Source: Candidatus Multivoradales bacterium
Lineage (GTDB): Bacteria; Acidobacteriota; Thermoanaerobaculia; Multivoradales; Multivoraceae
NCBI GenBank assembly: GCA_965223325.1
Contig: CBDCWI010000001.1
Span: forward strand, 1,408,001 to 1,472,000
Length of the DNA stretch: 64,000 bases
Direction: 5' to 3'
The notes below the pieces were generated by a model, which saw only the letters and a list, made by a program, of their open reading frames with translations, did no database searches and had not been told where the DNA came from. The stretch's first letter is position 1. Each line of letters begins with the position of its first letter. The translations under genes were made by a program, and so were the position numbers. Below are positions 28,930-38,430 of the stretch, in pieces.

Positions 28930-29247
28930 ATGGCCCAGGCATTGACCCAGACTTCACAGGCGGAGTCGGTCACCCCCTGGCATCTCACCGCAGAACTTCT
29001 TGTCAACGCTGCGACGCTGTACGTCGCCGTCGGCCTCCTCTTTGCCATCCTCTACGCGTCCTTCGGTGCTCCGAGGCTCGACCCAGCGGCAGAAAAAGGC
29101 ACCTGGGGCTTCCGCCTGCTGAGCATTCCAGGCACCGTCGCCCTCTGGCCGCTCCTCGCCTGGCGGTGGCTGCGACGAGAGGGACCACCGATCGAGGACA
29201 ATGCCCACCGGCGCGCGGCACGATCGGGCGGAGGATCCAACTCGTGA
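28930..29247 (+). CDS. Small two-TM membrane protein
   Basis: GGAGAAGG upstream; two hydrophobic helices; FRLLSIPG...WP; GTGA overlap with the next ORF. Confidence 0.7.
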   Translation: MAQALTQTSQAESVTPWHLTAELLVNAATLYVAVGLLFAILYASFGAPRLDPAAEKGTWGFRLLSIPGTVALWPLLAWRWLRREGPPIEDNAHRRAARSGGGSNS

Positions 29248-29411
29248 TTGCCCGCCTACGTCGTCGCCATCGTTTGATCTGGCTCGTTCTGCTGGTTCTG
29301 GTACCTGTCATGCTGGTGATTGCCCTCAGTCTGCGGCCGCCGGCGCCGGAACTAGAAACCCTTCCAGCTGCTCTCGAGCAGCTCGCAACAGAAACGAGCG
29401 AGGCGCCATGA
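29244..29411 (+). CDS. Small single-TM protein (55 aa)
   Basis: GGAGG RBS; translationally coupled at both ends (GTGA and ATGA overlaps); LRRRHRLIW followed by a TM helix. Confidence 0.65.
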   Translation: MIARLRRRHRLIWLVLLVLVPVMLVIALSLRPPAPELETLPAALEQLATETSEAP

Positions 29412-31204
29412 GCGCCTCCTACCGAGCCGTCCAGTGGACGCCGCACAAGAAGCGCTACGACCTGGTGTTGCTTGCGGCCGTTCTTAGCTACCTGGTGATT
29501 TTCGTCGCGGTCGGTATGCTCAGCCACCCGCAGACGACGATCGAAACCCAGCTCATTCGTGCCCTGGGGACATGCAGCTTCTTGATGCTGTACGTCATCC
29601 TACTGATCGGCCCGCTGGCGCGACTCGACCCTCGATTCCTGCCCCTGCTCTACAACCGGAGGCACTTCGGCGTCGCCATGTTCTTGGTGGCGGCGGCGCA
29701 CGGCGTGTTTTCGATCGTGCAGTTCCATGCCCTCGGCGACATCAACCCGCTCTTCAGCGTTCTGGTTTCGGGCACCGAGAGCATGCCGTCAATCGTCTGG
29801 CTGCCTTTTCAACCCTTCGGCTTCCTGGCTCTGGTGATTCTGTTCGTCATGGCCGCCACCAGCCACGACTTCTGGCTGGTCAACCTCACGGCGCCGGTGT
29901 GGAAGGCGCTACACATGTCGGTCTACCTGGCGTGGGTACTGCTGGTTCTCCATGTCGCCCTGGGTGGTCTGCAAAGCGAGCGCAGTGTCTTCTACGCCTT
30001 CCTCGTTGCGGCTGGGGTGGCGCTGGTCACCGGGCTCCACGTCGTGGCCGCCCTGCGAGAGCGCTCCGGGGCCGCGACCGCGAATCGTTCGCCCGACGAT
30101 CAGGGCTTCGTGGCCGTCGCCAAGGTGTCCGAGATTGCCGAGGACCGAGCCATCACCGTCGAGCTCTCGGGCGAGCGTGTGGCGGTCTTTCGCTACAACG
30201 GCAAGATCAGCGCGATCTCCAACGTCTGCCGCCATCAGAACGGCCCGCTCGGCGAAGGCAAGATTGTCGACGGCTGCATCACGTGCCCCTGGCACGGCTG
30301 GCAGTATCGTCCGGAAGACGGCGCATCGCCGCCGCCATTTGACGAGAGCGTCCCCACCTTTCGTGTGCGCCTCCTGGGCGACCAGGTTCTCGCTCACCCG
30401 ACTCCACTGCCTGCGGGCACCCACGTCGAACCAGCGACCATCGAAGGAGAAGCGCTCCAAGGGCCGCCAGGCGAAGCCTTCTTCATCGGCTGGAGCGCCG
30501 ACATACCCAGCGACATCGGCCGCTTCACCCGCAGCGCGGTCTTGGCTATCACGACCCTCGGCGTGGCGCTGGCGGTGATCCTCCCTCTTCTCCAGAACCG
30601 CTTCGACCCCGGCTCTTTCGACTTTGGAAACACCACAGTCGTCGAGGGTGAGCTGGTCACTGAGCCCTACCCAGCTCTGCACACCGATGACCTCGACTCG
30701 ACAAGTGATCCCCTCCTGGTCGCGACCGGCAAGCGTGGCGCCGAAGGACTCCTCGCCGCCCTCGAGAGCGGCAGCTGGGTAGAAGTCGAGGGAACGAAGA
30801 TCGACGCCCCGGCGGCCACCATGATCGAGATCACCAGAGCAGCTCCGGCCGACTCTCCCCGGACGGTCCAAAGCGCGAACTCGATCGACTTCGGCGAGTT
30901 CGAGCTCGCCGGCGAGATCGTCGACAGCAAGTGCTTCCTCGGCGTCATGAAACCCGGGCGCTCCCGAGGCCACCGTGCCTGCGCCATCCGTTGTATATCC
31001 GGCGGAGTCCCCCCAGCCCTTCTCGTCACCTCCAAAGACAAGACCCTGCTCCTTCTGCTGGCCGACCAGAACGGCAAGCGTGTCGCTGCCGCCACCGCGG
31101 CGCCACTCGCCGCGCAACCGTTGACCATCCGTGGTCGAGTCGGCCTGCGTAACGGCCACCTGACCCTCGAATCAGACCCTCTAACCTGGGCGCTCCTCGA
31201 CTGA
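29408..31204 (+). CDS. Ferric-reductase-like (MsrQ-type) heme-b membrane domain + Rieske domain + C-terminal exported Cys/His domain
   Basis: YNRRHFGV, AAHG, MAATSHDFW, WKALHMSVY, VLHV; CRHQNGPL...CPWHGW; TM; GEIVDSKCFLGVMKPG...HRACAIRCISGG. Confidence 0.8.
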   Translation: MSASYRAVQWTPHKKRYDLVLLAAVLSYLVIFVAVGMLSHPQTTIETQLIRALGTCSFLMLYVILLIGPLARLDPRFLPLLYNRRHFGVAMFLVAAAHGVFSIVQFHALGDINPLFSVLVSGTESMPSIVWLPFQPFGFLALVILFVMAATSHDFWLVNLTAPVWKALHMSVYLAWVLLVLHVALGGLQSERSVFYAFLVAAGVALVTGLHVVAALRERSGAATANRSPDDQGFVAVAKVSEIAEDRAITVELSGERVAVFRYNGKISAISNVCRHQNGPLGEGKIVDGCITCPWHGWQYRPEDGASPPPFDESVPTFRVRLLGDQVLAHPTPLPAGTHVEPATIEGEALQGPPGEAFFIGWSADIPSDIGRFTRSAVLAITTLGVALAVILPLLQNRFDPGSFDFGNTTVVEGELVTEPYPALHTDDLDSTSDPLLVATGKRGAEGLLAALESGSWVEVEGTKIDAPAATMIEITRAAPADSPRTVQSANSIDFGEFELAGEIVDSKCFLGVMKPGRSRGHRACAIRCISGGVPPALLVTSKDKTLLLLLADQNGKRVAAATAAPLAAQPLTIRGRVGLRNGHLTLESDPLTWALLD

Positions 31205-31250
31205 GAAACCGAAGCGCGATCCAGAAGCAGAGAAGCGCCGACCCCTCTTC

Positions 31251-32138
31251 TCAGTCGAGAGGCGCCAGAAGCTCGGGTGCGGTGACCAGCTCGCGGACAC
31301 CGTGGGACTTCGTCTCATGGAAGACGTTGCCAGCGGCGGCCCACGCGTGCAGAGAACCGATGTCAAGACGGGCGCACTCGGGACGCACGCTCCATGTCAC
31401 TTTCATCGGTGAGCAATTCACCTGGTCATAGCTTGGCCCAGTCGTTGAGCCTCGAAAAACAACGGGCGTGCCGGTGTCTGACGGGATCTCCTTGGCCTGG
31501 TGCAGCCCAGAGCGCACGGTGCCACCGTAGGCCATCTCGCGAAAGTCCAGCGCCTCGCTGTCGTTGACCACCAGAAAAACCTGCGCCTCGACGCGGAGGA
31601 GGGGGTCACTGCAGGTTTCCGTAAGGCACGAGCCCAGACCCTCGCCCGGGGAAACGTCACAGGACGTGTGAACCCAATGCACTTCGATCGTGTCTCCAGG
31701 CACAGCACCTTTGAAGGCGCCCTCGCCGGCAAACGGATCGCGGAGCTCTTCGTCGGTCAGGGCATCGCGGTCGTTGCAGGCATAGCCGCCATGCTCACCT
31801 GGGCCAGCGAAAACTGCAAAACCCGGCCCCTTGTGCTCGGCGTTGGTATGCGTGTGAATGTTGCACAGGTTCATCTCGGCAGCCGGCGGTGCCAACTCGA
31901 AGGCCATGGTGTTCAGACCGGTCGGGCTCGAAATGTCGCGTGGTGTCTGCGGTCCCATGTCGACACAGAGGTTTGTTGCGGCGTCGGCCTGTCCCTCGCC
32001 GGCCATTGGGGTAGCCGCGTCTTCCGTCGAGGTGGTTGATTCGCCCTCGCCGGAACATGCAGCGATAACGAGGACAGAGAACAGCACGATCACCGCAGTC
32101 GTTGCGGCCGGTGAGACAGAGTGGATCTTCTTGGACAC
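31251..32138 (-). CDS. Delta-class carbonic anhydrase, lipoprotein
   Basis: IAAC lipobox; GPQTPRDI, LCNIHTHTNAEHK, IEVHWVHTSC, GSTTGPSY, HGVRELVT. Confidence 0.8.
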   Translation of the reverse strand: MSKKIHSVSPAATTAVIVLFSVLVIAACSGEGESTTSTEDAATPMAGEGQADAATNLCVDMGPQTPRDISSPTGLNTMAFELAPPAAEMNLCNIHTHTNAEHKGPGFAVFAGPGEHGGYACNDRDALTDEELRDPFAGEGAFKGAVPGDTIEVHWVHTSCDVSPGEGLGSCLTETCSDPLLRVEAQVFLVVNDSEALDFREMAYGGTVRSGLHQAKEIPSDTGTPVVFRGSTTGPSYDQVNCSPMKVTWSVRPECARLDIGSLHAWAAAGNVFHETKSHGVRELVTAPELLAPLD

Positions 32139-32153
32139 GGTGAGTCTCCTCTA

Positions 32154-32630
32154 CTAGGGGAGGGGCGACGATAGCTGAAGCACGTTGCCTTCAGGGTCGC
32201 TGAGTTGAAGGATGTAGATCCCGTACGGCTCGAAGGACACAACGTTTGGACGCTCGCCGGTGGCTTTCTCGACCCGATCAGCGATGTGTCGGACATCTGG
32301 AACCGCAGAGCCCACCTTGAACAATCCAAGAGGACGCCCAGCGTCCTGCGCACGGTTGTCTCGAACGATCTCGACAGCGAGGTGCTCGTTCGCGAGATTG
32401 ACGAAGCGCCAGGACCCGTCATCGGCATCTGACCCATCGACCTCGCGCAACCCCAACGCGGTGCGGTACCAGTCGACAGCTCCATCGACGTCCACCACCC
32501 TGACGGCGAAGTACCAGGGAGCCTGAGGTGCAGTAGCCCACGCCCCGCTCCCCTCCTCAGCCTGACCCGGAGCCGCGATGAAGAAGATGAGGGCGCCGAA
32601 CCAATGAGAAATGATGGCGAGATATCTCAT
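32154..32630 (-). CDS. VOC/glyoxalase family protein with signal peptide
   Basis: AVRVVDVDGAVDWYRTALG ... DPEGNVLQL. Confidence 0.8.
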   Translation of the reverse strand: MRYLAIISHWFGALIFFIAAPGQAEEGSGAWATAPQAPWYFAVRVVDVDGAVDWYRTALGLREVDGSDADDGSWRFVNLANEHLAVEIVRDNRAQDAGRPLGLFKVGSAVPDVRHIADRVEKATGERPNVVSFEPYGIYILQLSDPEGNVLQLSSPLP

Positions 32631-32715
32631 CGGTTTCGTCCTCCTACTGCTGCCTTGGCTGGGCCCGGCCTTTGGTCTTGCGCCTCGTTCACGAGATCGC
32701 TAGCGCGAGCGCGGC

Positions 32716-34860
32716 TCAGGCTTCGGGCAGTCGGGGTAGTCGCTCGAACCCCAGTTGGTCCTCGGTTTCGAGGACGAGAAGCGCAAGCCGCCCGAACAGG
32801 CGCTGGCGCGTTTCAGCGCTCAGCTCGAGAGTCGCCTCGAGTGCCTGGGTTATCGCGCCGACGTCCTCCTTGAGGACTGCACCCGGTGAGCACGCATCAG
32901 CCATCGAGATGCCATCCTGGGCGTGCTCTAACGGATAGGGAACGTCCCGGAGCAAGCCGCGGAACAAGATGATCTTGTTGTATGCACGCGCGCAGCTTTC
33001 AAGCAGGTGTTGAGCCACCAACTCGCTCTGCTTCTCCTGGAATCGTGGCAAGAGCACAGAGAGCACGCAGTACTCCTCACAAAGGCTGGGAATGAATTCA
33101 TGGGCGGCTTCGAGAGCCGCCGCTGCGCGGTAGAGATCTCTGCCATCGGAGCGAAGCGACAGAGCTAGAACTAGACGCGACGCGGCAAGTTCTTCGCTGG
33201 GTAGCAACTTGGGAGCGAGCTCTTCGAGACGCTTCAGCCCCGCGGCCCGATCGGCGAGCATCGTCGAGGCGGCAGCGTCTTCGATGCCGAAGTCCTTGGC
33301 GGAGACCCGGAGCCTGGCGTTGTGCAACGCTTCGATCTGCGCGTCTCGTAGCAGTCGGGTTTGCACCTCGACCCATTCTGCGAGGTTCTTGGCGTAGCCT
33401 TCGCGGCGAGAAAAGAGCTCGCTCCTTATCTCTGCCAGCCGCGCTCGAAGGCTCGCTGTGACCTCCTCTCTGCCGTCCAGTTCCGGCAGGGCCATTCTTC
33501 GCGACTGCGAGCGCTCGCTCTGCAAAAGGGCCAAACCGGCCTCGAACTCCTGCCGCCATGCCTGGTCCCGGTCGACCACTGAAGATAGCGGGCGAAGGGC
33601 CTCGGCACGCACCTCTTCGCCGAGGACGGCGTGAAAGAAGTCGAGCGAAGTGGCCCGGCAGAGGGCATCAAAGTCCCGGAAGAGAACGTTTGCTCCCAGA
33701 TCCGACGAGAAGACACCCACCTCCCCTTCGCGCAGCGCGCTGGCGATTCGATCTGCGTCAGCTGGATGCGTTGCGAAGAGCTCGGTTTCCGCCTCGTCGA
33801 CATGGAGATCGATCTCGCGCAGCGTTTCTTCCGCCAGGCTTACCCGTCGCCAGGCAACGAGTTTCGGAAGATTGTCGACAAGCTCGCCCTCACGCCACGA
33901 GGTCTCGAGATCATTGAGCGACCACTGAAAGGCAACCCCTAGCCGTGAGAGCTCACGACAGGTCGACTCGAAAGTCGACGAGCCCACCAACCGAGCTTCG
34001 TGGCGATCGGCGTCGTACTCCATCTGGCGCAACATGAAACCACTGATCAGATTGCCGATCATCATCAGGCCCCAAAGCACCCGACGGGTGAGCCAGACGA
34101 AGAAGCGAGCGATGTGCACCGAGATGACGATTAGGATCAAGAAGCCTTCGCGCGCAGCCGTCTCGAGCGCCGCGTCCCAGGAGTCACGCTCGTAGACCAC
34201 CCTCATGAACCAGCGGTTGATCGAACGGATCACATAGGTGAGGCGCATCCCCGCCTTCTGGGAAAAGTGGCCGAATTCATGCGCCAGCACACCGGCAAGC
34301 TGCTCGAGGGTGAGGCCGGCAACAAGGGGCAGACCCAGCGTCAGGACGAGATCACTCGAGACCAGGCTGGCGACCCCGCGGCGAAAGCTCGCCGAGGCGT
34401 TGATCTGTGAATCGACGTCGATGCGCGACGGTGCGGGAGCACCTACCGCAGCGCAGACGCGCTCTACAAAAGCAAAGAGCAGCGGCTCTTCTCGAGGGTC
34501 GAGCGAGCGGGGATTCGCCGTTTCACGCCGCGGCGCGAACACGGGCTTGATCATGAACAGGACCAGCACAATCCCGACGAGCAGCGGCCCGATGTAGAGG
34601 AAGGCCCCCACCTGCACCGAACTCGAGGACCCGAGAACCGCGTGGTTCTGGGTTGCGTGCACGAAGACGGCGTAGGAGACGAGGCAGATCAGCCCGACGT
34701 AGACGAGCGGCAGGAGCACCATCCCCAAGGCGACCACTGCGAGGCCCAGCCGGTAGACCCAGGGTTCTTTGACGGGCTCGATAGCGCCGGTGAAGGACCC
34801 GAGAATCGCGTCGCGAAGCGCCGGGCCATACTCGACTTGTGTTGACCGTTCCGAGGTCAC
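32716..34860 (-). CDS. M48 (HtpX/Ste24-like) membrane Zn metallopeptidase with long C-terminal extension
   Basis: N-terminal TMs, INASA, VLAHEFGH, RQMEYDAD, THP..DRI. Confidence 0.85.
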   Translation of the reverse strand: MTSERSTQVEYGPALRDAILGSFTGAIEPVKEPWVYRLGLAVVALGMVLLPLVYVGLICLVSYAVFVHATQNHAVLGSSSSVQVGAFLYIGPLLVGIVLVLFMIKPVFAPRRETANPRSLDPREEPLLFAFVERVCAAVGAPAPSRIDVDSQINASASFRRGVASLVSSDLVLTLGLPLVAGLTLEQLAGVLAHEFGHFSQKAGMRLTYVIRSINRWFMRVVYERDSWDAALETAAREGFLILIVISVHIARFFVWLTRRVLWGLMMIGNLISGFMLRQMEYDADRHEARLVGSSTFESTCRELSRLGVAFQWSLNDLETSWREGELVDNLPKLVAWRRVSLAEETLREIDLHVDEAETELFATHPADADRIASALREGEVGVFSSDLGANVLFRDFDALCRATSLDFFHAVLGEEVRAEALRPLSSVVDRDQAWRQEFEAGLALLQSERSQSRRMALPELDGREEVTASLRARLAEIRSELFSRREGYAKNLAEWVEVQTRLLRDAQIEALHNARLRVSAKDFGIEDAAASTMLADRAAGLKRLEELAPKLLPSEELAASRLVLALSLRSDGRDLYRAAAALEAAHEFIPSLCEEYCVLSVLLPRFQEKQSELVAQHLLESCARAYNKIILFRGLLRDVPYPLEHAQDGISMADACSPGAVLKEDVGAITQALEATLELSAETRQRLFGRLALLVLETEDQLGFERLPRLPEA

Positions 34861-35095
34861 CAACCCCCCTGACTCATGAGCCCATCGGGCCCACTCTAGA
34901 GTTGCAATTCTCACTGATTCGCAGAGCTCGGTCCAACCGCGAGGCTCATCAGGACGCCAGCCTCTGGCCCGGCACAAGGTGCCGCGGCCTTTGAACCCAC
35001 CGAGGCCCTGGGCGCTCGAGCACTAATCACCGAGTGCCGAGCGACCTGGAGAAGGGCGGCCCTCCGCGGCGCAGCAATCGATCCAGTCAACCGCC

Positions 35096-35128
35096 AGCGG
35101 GCGGCGGGTTCGACCCCCGCCGCCCGCT
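35096..35128. terminator. Strong GC hairpin (13-bp stem) downstream of the beta-helix gene
   Basis: AGCGGGCGGCGGG (35096-35108) is the exact reverse complement of CCCGCCGCCCGCT (35116-35128). There is no U-tract on the coding (minus) strand. Confidence 0.5.
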
Positions 35129-35143
35129 TTCGGTACCTCCTGA

Positions 35144-35995
35144 TCAGGGCACGAAGGAGACGTTGCCGCCGCCGTCGGCGCAGCCCTGGAGGGCACTTTG
35201 GTAGCCGATCGCATGGTTGCCAGTGCACAGGGGCCGCGAGTTGAGCGCCGACCAGACGACGCCAGCGTATCCGTCACCGGAAACGTTGTTGTCGCGAACG
35301 AGTGCTGCATCGTCGAGCCAGATCGGAGCGCTAGACGCATTCGTGGCGACGACACCGGAGATGTCGTTGCGAGCCATGACTCCGCCCCGCGAGTTCAGAT
35401 AGATGCCAACCGATTGGGCCTGCCCTTTGTGCTCAACGCCCCGAATCTCATTGTCTTCGATCCGCGCGTGGGGACCCTGGACGGCAATGGCGCGCGAGTA
35501 GATTCCGTTGGGTGCGCCGGTGTTGAAGACGTTGGAACGCCGCACCGTATGGCCCGTACCGGACATGAAGATCCCCATGCGGCGACAGGAATCGACGGTG
35601 AGATCCTCGACGAGGTGGTTGCTGCTCCCAGCGCTGGGCAGACCAACGCCGGTACCGAAGGCACGGATGGTTCCGTTGCGGACGGTGACGTTGCGTAGTG
35701 TCTTGGTCGTTCTGACTCCAGCCGCGGTGTTTTGAGGACCAGCCAGATTGGCGATGCGATAGCCGCCCAGATCGACGACAACGTTGCTGGTGTTGACATT
35801 CACCGCTTCCCCGGACTCGAGATTTACGGCGTGGTTCTGGTCGAGGCAGTAGTGACCTGCACTCGTGATGATGGTCGGCAACTCGGTGATCACGATGCAA
35901 TCCGACGCTGCTGCAGGTGATACAGAGGCGAATGAGAGCCCGACGAGGGCGGTAGCGTGGGCTAGGCGGCGAACGGTAAGGGCAAGAGGAAACAT
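35144..35995 (-). CDS. Secreted right-handed parallel beta-helix repeat protein
   Basis: GGAG RBS before ATG 35995; signal peptide; ITSAGHYCL, NVVVDLGGYRI, NVTVRNGTIRAF, repeated N-ladder. Confidence 0.8.
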   Translation of the reverse strand: MFPLALTVRRLAHATALVGLSFASVSPAAASDCIVITELPTIITSAGHYCLDQNHAVNLESGEAVNVNTSNVVVDLGGYRIANLAGPQNTAAGVRTTKTLRNVTVRNGTIRAFGTGVGLPSAGSSNHLVEDLTVDSCRRMGIFMSGTGHTVRRSNVFNTGAPNGIYSRAIAVQGPHARIEDNEIRGVEHKGQAQSVGIYLNSRGGVMARNDISGVVATNASSAPIWLDDAALVRDNNVSGDGYAGVVWSALNSRPLCTGNHAIGYQSALQGCADGGGNVSFVP

Positions 35996-36563
35996 TTCAA
36001 ACTCCATAAAGAGAAATGAGGGTGAACCAAGAGCAGCACTGATCACGATGGCCAGGTGTCTTGGTAGAGGGGCCACCAGTGCAACGCGTGTGCCATTATC
36101 AATGTATGAATATTTCATCGCGACTTCCAACAGTTCTTGAATCGTGTTCGTCCCATTTAAACAACGCCGTCGTCCTTCCAGCGAGACAGCCAGGTTCACC
36201 TAGAGACTCTTAAAACCTCCAAAGCTATTTTCCGAACCGACCGCCAACCACTCCTTCATCGCAGCCTCAGAACGCGGAACGAACGACGAGGAAGTACGAG
36301 GCGAGAGCGCCGAGACTCCGGGTCGGCAGAGTCGGAGCTTGATCAACGAACCCCTCGCTAGCGGATCGGCATCCACGGCCTGGTTCATGGTGGCCACCGT
36401 CTCGGTGCACCAGGGTCTTCTACTCGCCAGGATCTTGCTTGATCAGAACCCCTCCAGCCGACCACGGGGTTGCTGGATTGCGAACCATCGGGCGCGCCAA
36501 CGCGTACGAGTGCGAGAAGGAGTGACCTGAAGAGTCGGGGTCGCTTTGAGCAATTCGGTCATA

Positions 36564-37454
36564 ATGGACGTTCAACCTATGCCTACCCAACCGAATCCGA
36601 AGAGCGCTCCGACGGGCGACGCCGCGCCCTATCCGAGAAGCCTCGGCGCGCTACCCGATGGCGTGTTGCGCGCGGGCCGCTTCGAGGCGCGTTTCGCACG
36701 CACCGGGGAAGAGCTCGATCGCCTCCTACGACTGCGCTTTGAAGTGTTCAACCTCGAACTCGACGAAGGTCTCGAAAGCTCCTGGGCAACGGCGCGCGAC
36801 GAGGACCCCTTCGACGCGCAGTGCCACCACCTCCTGGTCGAAGACACCTCAACCCTGAGAATTCTCGGTACCTACCGCCTGCAGACCGCTCAGATGGCGG
36901 AGGCTGGAATGGGTTTCTACTCGGCGGCGGAGTACGACCTCGGCGGAATCCCCTCCTCAGTGATGGACTCGTCCGTCGAAATCGGGCGGGCCTGCATCGA
37001 TCGGCGCCACCGCAATCGTCAGGTTCTCTTCCTCCTATGGCGCGGGCTGGCGCGCTACATGACCTGGAACGACAAGCGCTACTTCTTCGGCTGCTCTTCT
37101 CTGACCAGCCAGGACCCGCGCGAGGGCTGGCAGTTGTTCGAGCAACTCAAGGAACGCGGAACGCTCCATCCGTCGATCCTGCTCGATGTGAACCCTGAGT
37201 TCGCCTGCAAGAAACCCGAGTCGGGCGGGTATGGCGAAACGGTCGAGATCCCACAGCTGTTTAAAACCTACCTGCGCTACGGCGCACGCGTCTGCAGCGC
37301 TCCGGCACTCGATCGTGAGTTCAAGACCATCGACTACTTGATGCTCTTCGACCGCGAGGCAGCTTCGGCGCGCACGGTGCAGATCTTCTTCGACCAATCG
37401 ACCGCGCCCGGCTTCGGGCGCGACCCCAGGAGCGGTGGGGCCGCCGTCACCTGA
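36564..37454 (+). CDS. olsB: OlsB-like GNAT N-acyltransferase (ornithine/amino-acid lipid synthesis)
   Basis: LRFEVFNLE, DEDPFDAQCHHLLV, GTYRL, FYSAAEYDL, EIGRACI, FGCSS, PQLFKTYLRYGA...PALDREF. Confidence 0.8.
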   Translation: MDVQPMPTQPNPKSAPTGDAAPYPRSLGALPDGVLRAGRFEARFARTGEELDRLLRLRFEVFNLELDEGLESSWATARDEDPFDAQCHHLLVEDTSTLRILGTYRLQTAQMAEAGMGFYSAAEYDLGGIPSSVMDSSVEIGRACIDRRHRNRQVLFLLWRGLARYMTWNDKRYFFGCSSLTSQDPREGWQLFEQLKERGTLHPSILLDVNPEFACKKPESGGYGETVEIPQLFKTYLRYGARVCSAPALDREFKTIDYLMLFDREAASARTVQIFFDQSTAPGFGRDPRSGGAAVT

Positions 37455-37463
37455 CCTCTTCCG

Positions 37464-38375
37464 ATGGTCGACAGCCCTCTCTCACCCCGACTCGATCCAT
37501 CGGTTCCGGTTCCGCCGGGCCACGAGTTCGCACCCGGCGCAGACGACGTGATGGCGTCGCCGCACCGACTGTCGTGGCTACGCGTGCCGCATCGGATCGT
37601 GATCGCCGCCAGCGTATCGATCGCATCGGCGGCGATCCTGACGCTATGCCGACCAATCGGCGCCATTTCGAGACCAGCACTATTGGCGGTGCGGCGCTTC
37701 GTCTACCGAAGCTGGGGTAACACCCTTTGTTGGGTCCTCGGAGTTCGGGTCGAGACCGTCGGGCAACCTCCCACACGACCCTTCCTCCTGGTATCGAATC
37801 ACCTCTCCTATCTCGACATCCCGCTCCTGGCCTCGATTCGGCCCGCTCGCTACGTTGCCAAGGTGGAAATCAGTTCCTGGCCGTTGGTTGGCTGGATGTG
37901 CCGAAGCGTTGACACGGTCTTCGTCGACCGTTCCTCCCGACGTGACGTCGTGCGCGTTGCCCAGGAAATGCGCCGCGCACTCGACGAAGGCGACGGAGTC
38001 GTCTTGTTCGCCGAAGGAACCAGCACACGCGGAGACGCCGTCGCACCGTTTCAGGCACCGCTTCTGGCATCTGCCAGTCGCACCGGTGAACCGGTGCACG
38101 CGGTTGCAGTGCGCTACGAAGTCGCAGACGATCAAGTGCCAGCCGACCGCTCGGTGTCGTGGTGGGGCGGCATGCCCTTCGGCAGTCACATCATCCAGCT
38201 CCTGCGCCTGCCGCGGATCGATGCCCGGGTGACCTACGCACCCAACCCCGCCACCGACCAGGATCGCAAACAGCTGGCGCGCGCCCTCCAGGCACAGGTC
38301 GAGGAGCTCTTCGAGCCGATGACCGATCAACCAACGTTCGTCGCGGCGGAGCACGATCATCCCGACTCCGTCTGA
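37464..38375 (+). CDS. PlsC/OlsA-like lysophospholipid (lyso-ornithine lipid) acyltransferase
   Basis: NHLSYLD, FVDR, FAEGTST, WWGGM; follows the olsB-like gene. Confidence 0.85.
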   Translation: MVDSPLSPRLDPSVPVPPGHEFAPGADDVMASPHRLSWLRVPHRIVIAASVSIASAAILTLCRPIGAISRPALLAVRRFVYRSWGNTLCWVLGVRVETVGQPPTRPFLLVSNHLSYLDIPLLASIRPARYVAKVEISSWPLVGWMCRSVDTVFVDRSSRRDVVRVAQEMRRALDEGDGVVLFAEGTSTRGDAVAPFQAPLLASASRTGEPVHAVAVRYEVADDQVPADRSVSWWGGMPFGSHIIQLLRLPRIDARVTYAPNPATDQDRKQLARALQAQVEELFEPMTDQPTFVAAEHDHPDSV

Positions 38376-38430
38376 GCCGGCGGCTCCGGAGACGATACCC
38401 GAACCACGATCGCGGCGCCGCCGCCTGCTG

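Noticed and set aside
35996-36199. 68-aa N-terminal extension of the beta-helix ORF
   Set aside because: AT-rich and non-coding in character. The RBS and signal peptide point to ATG 35995.
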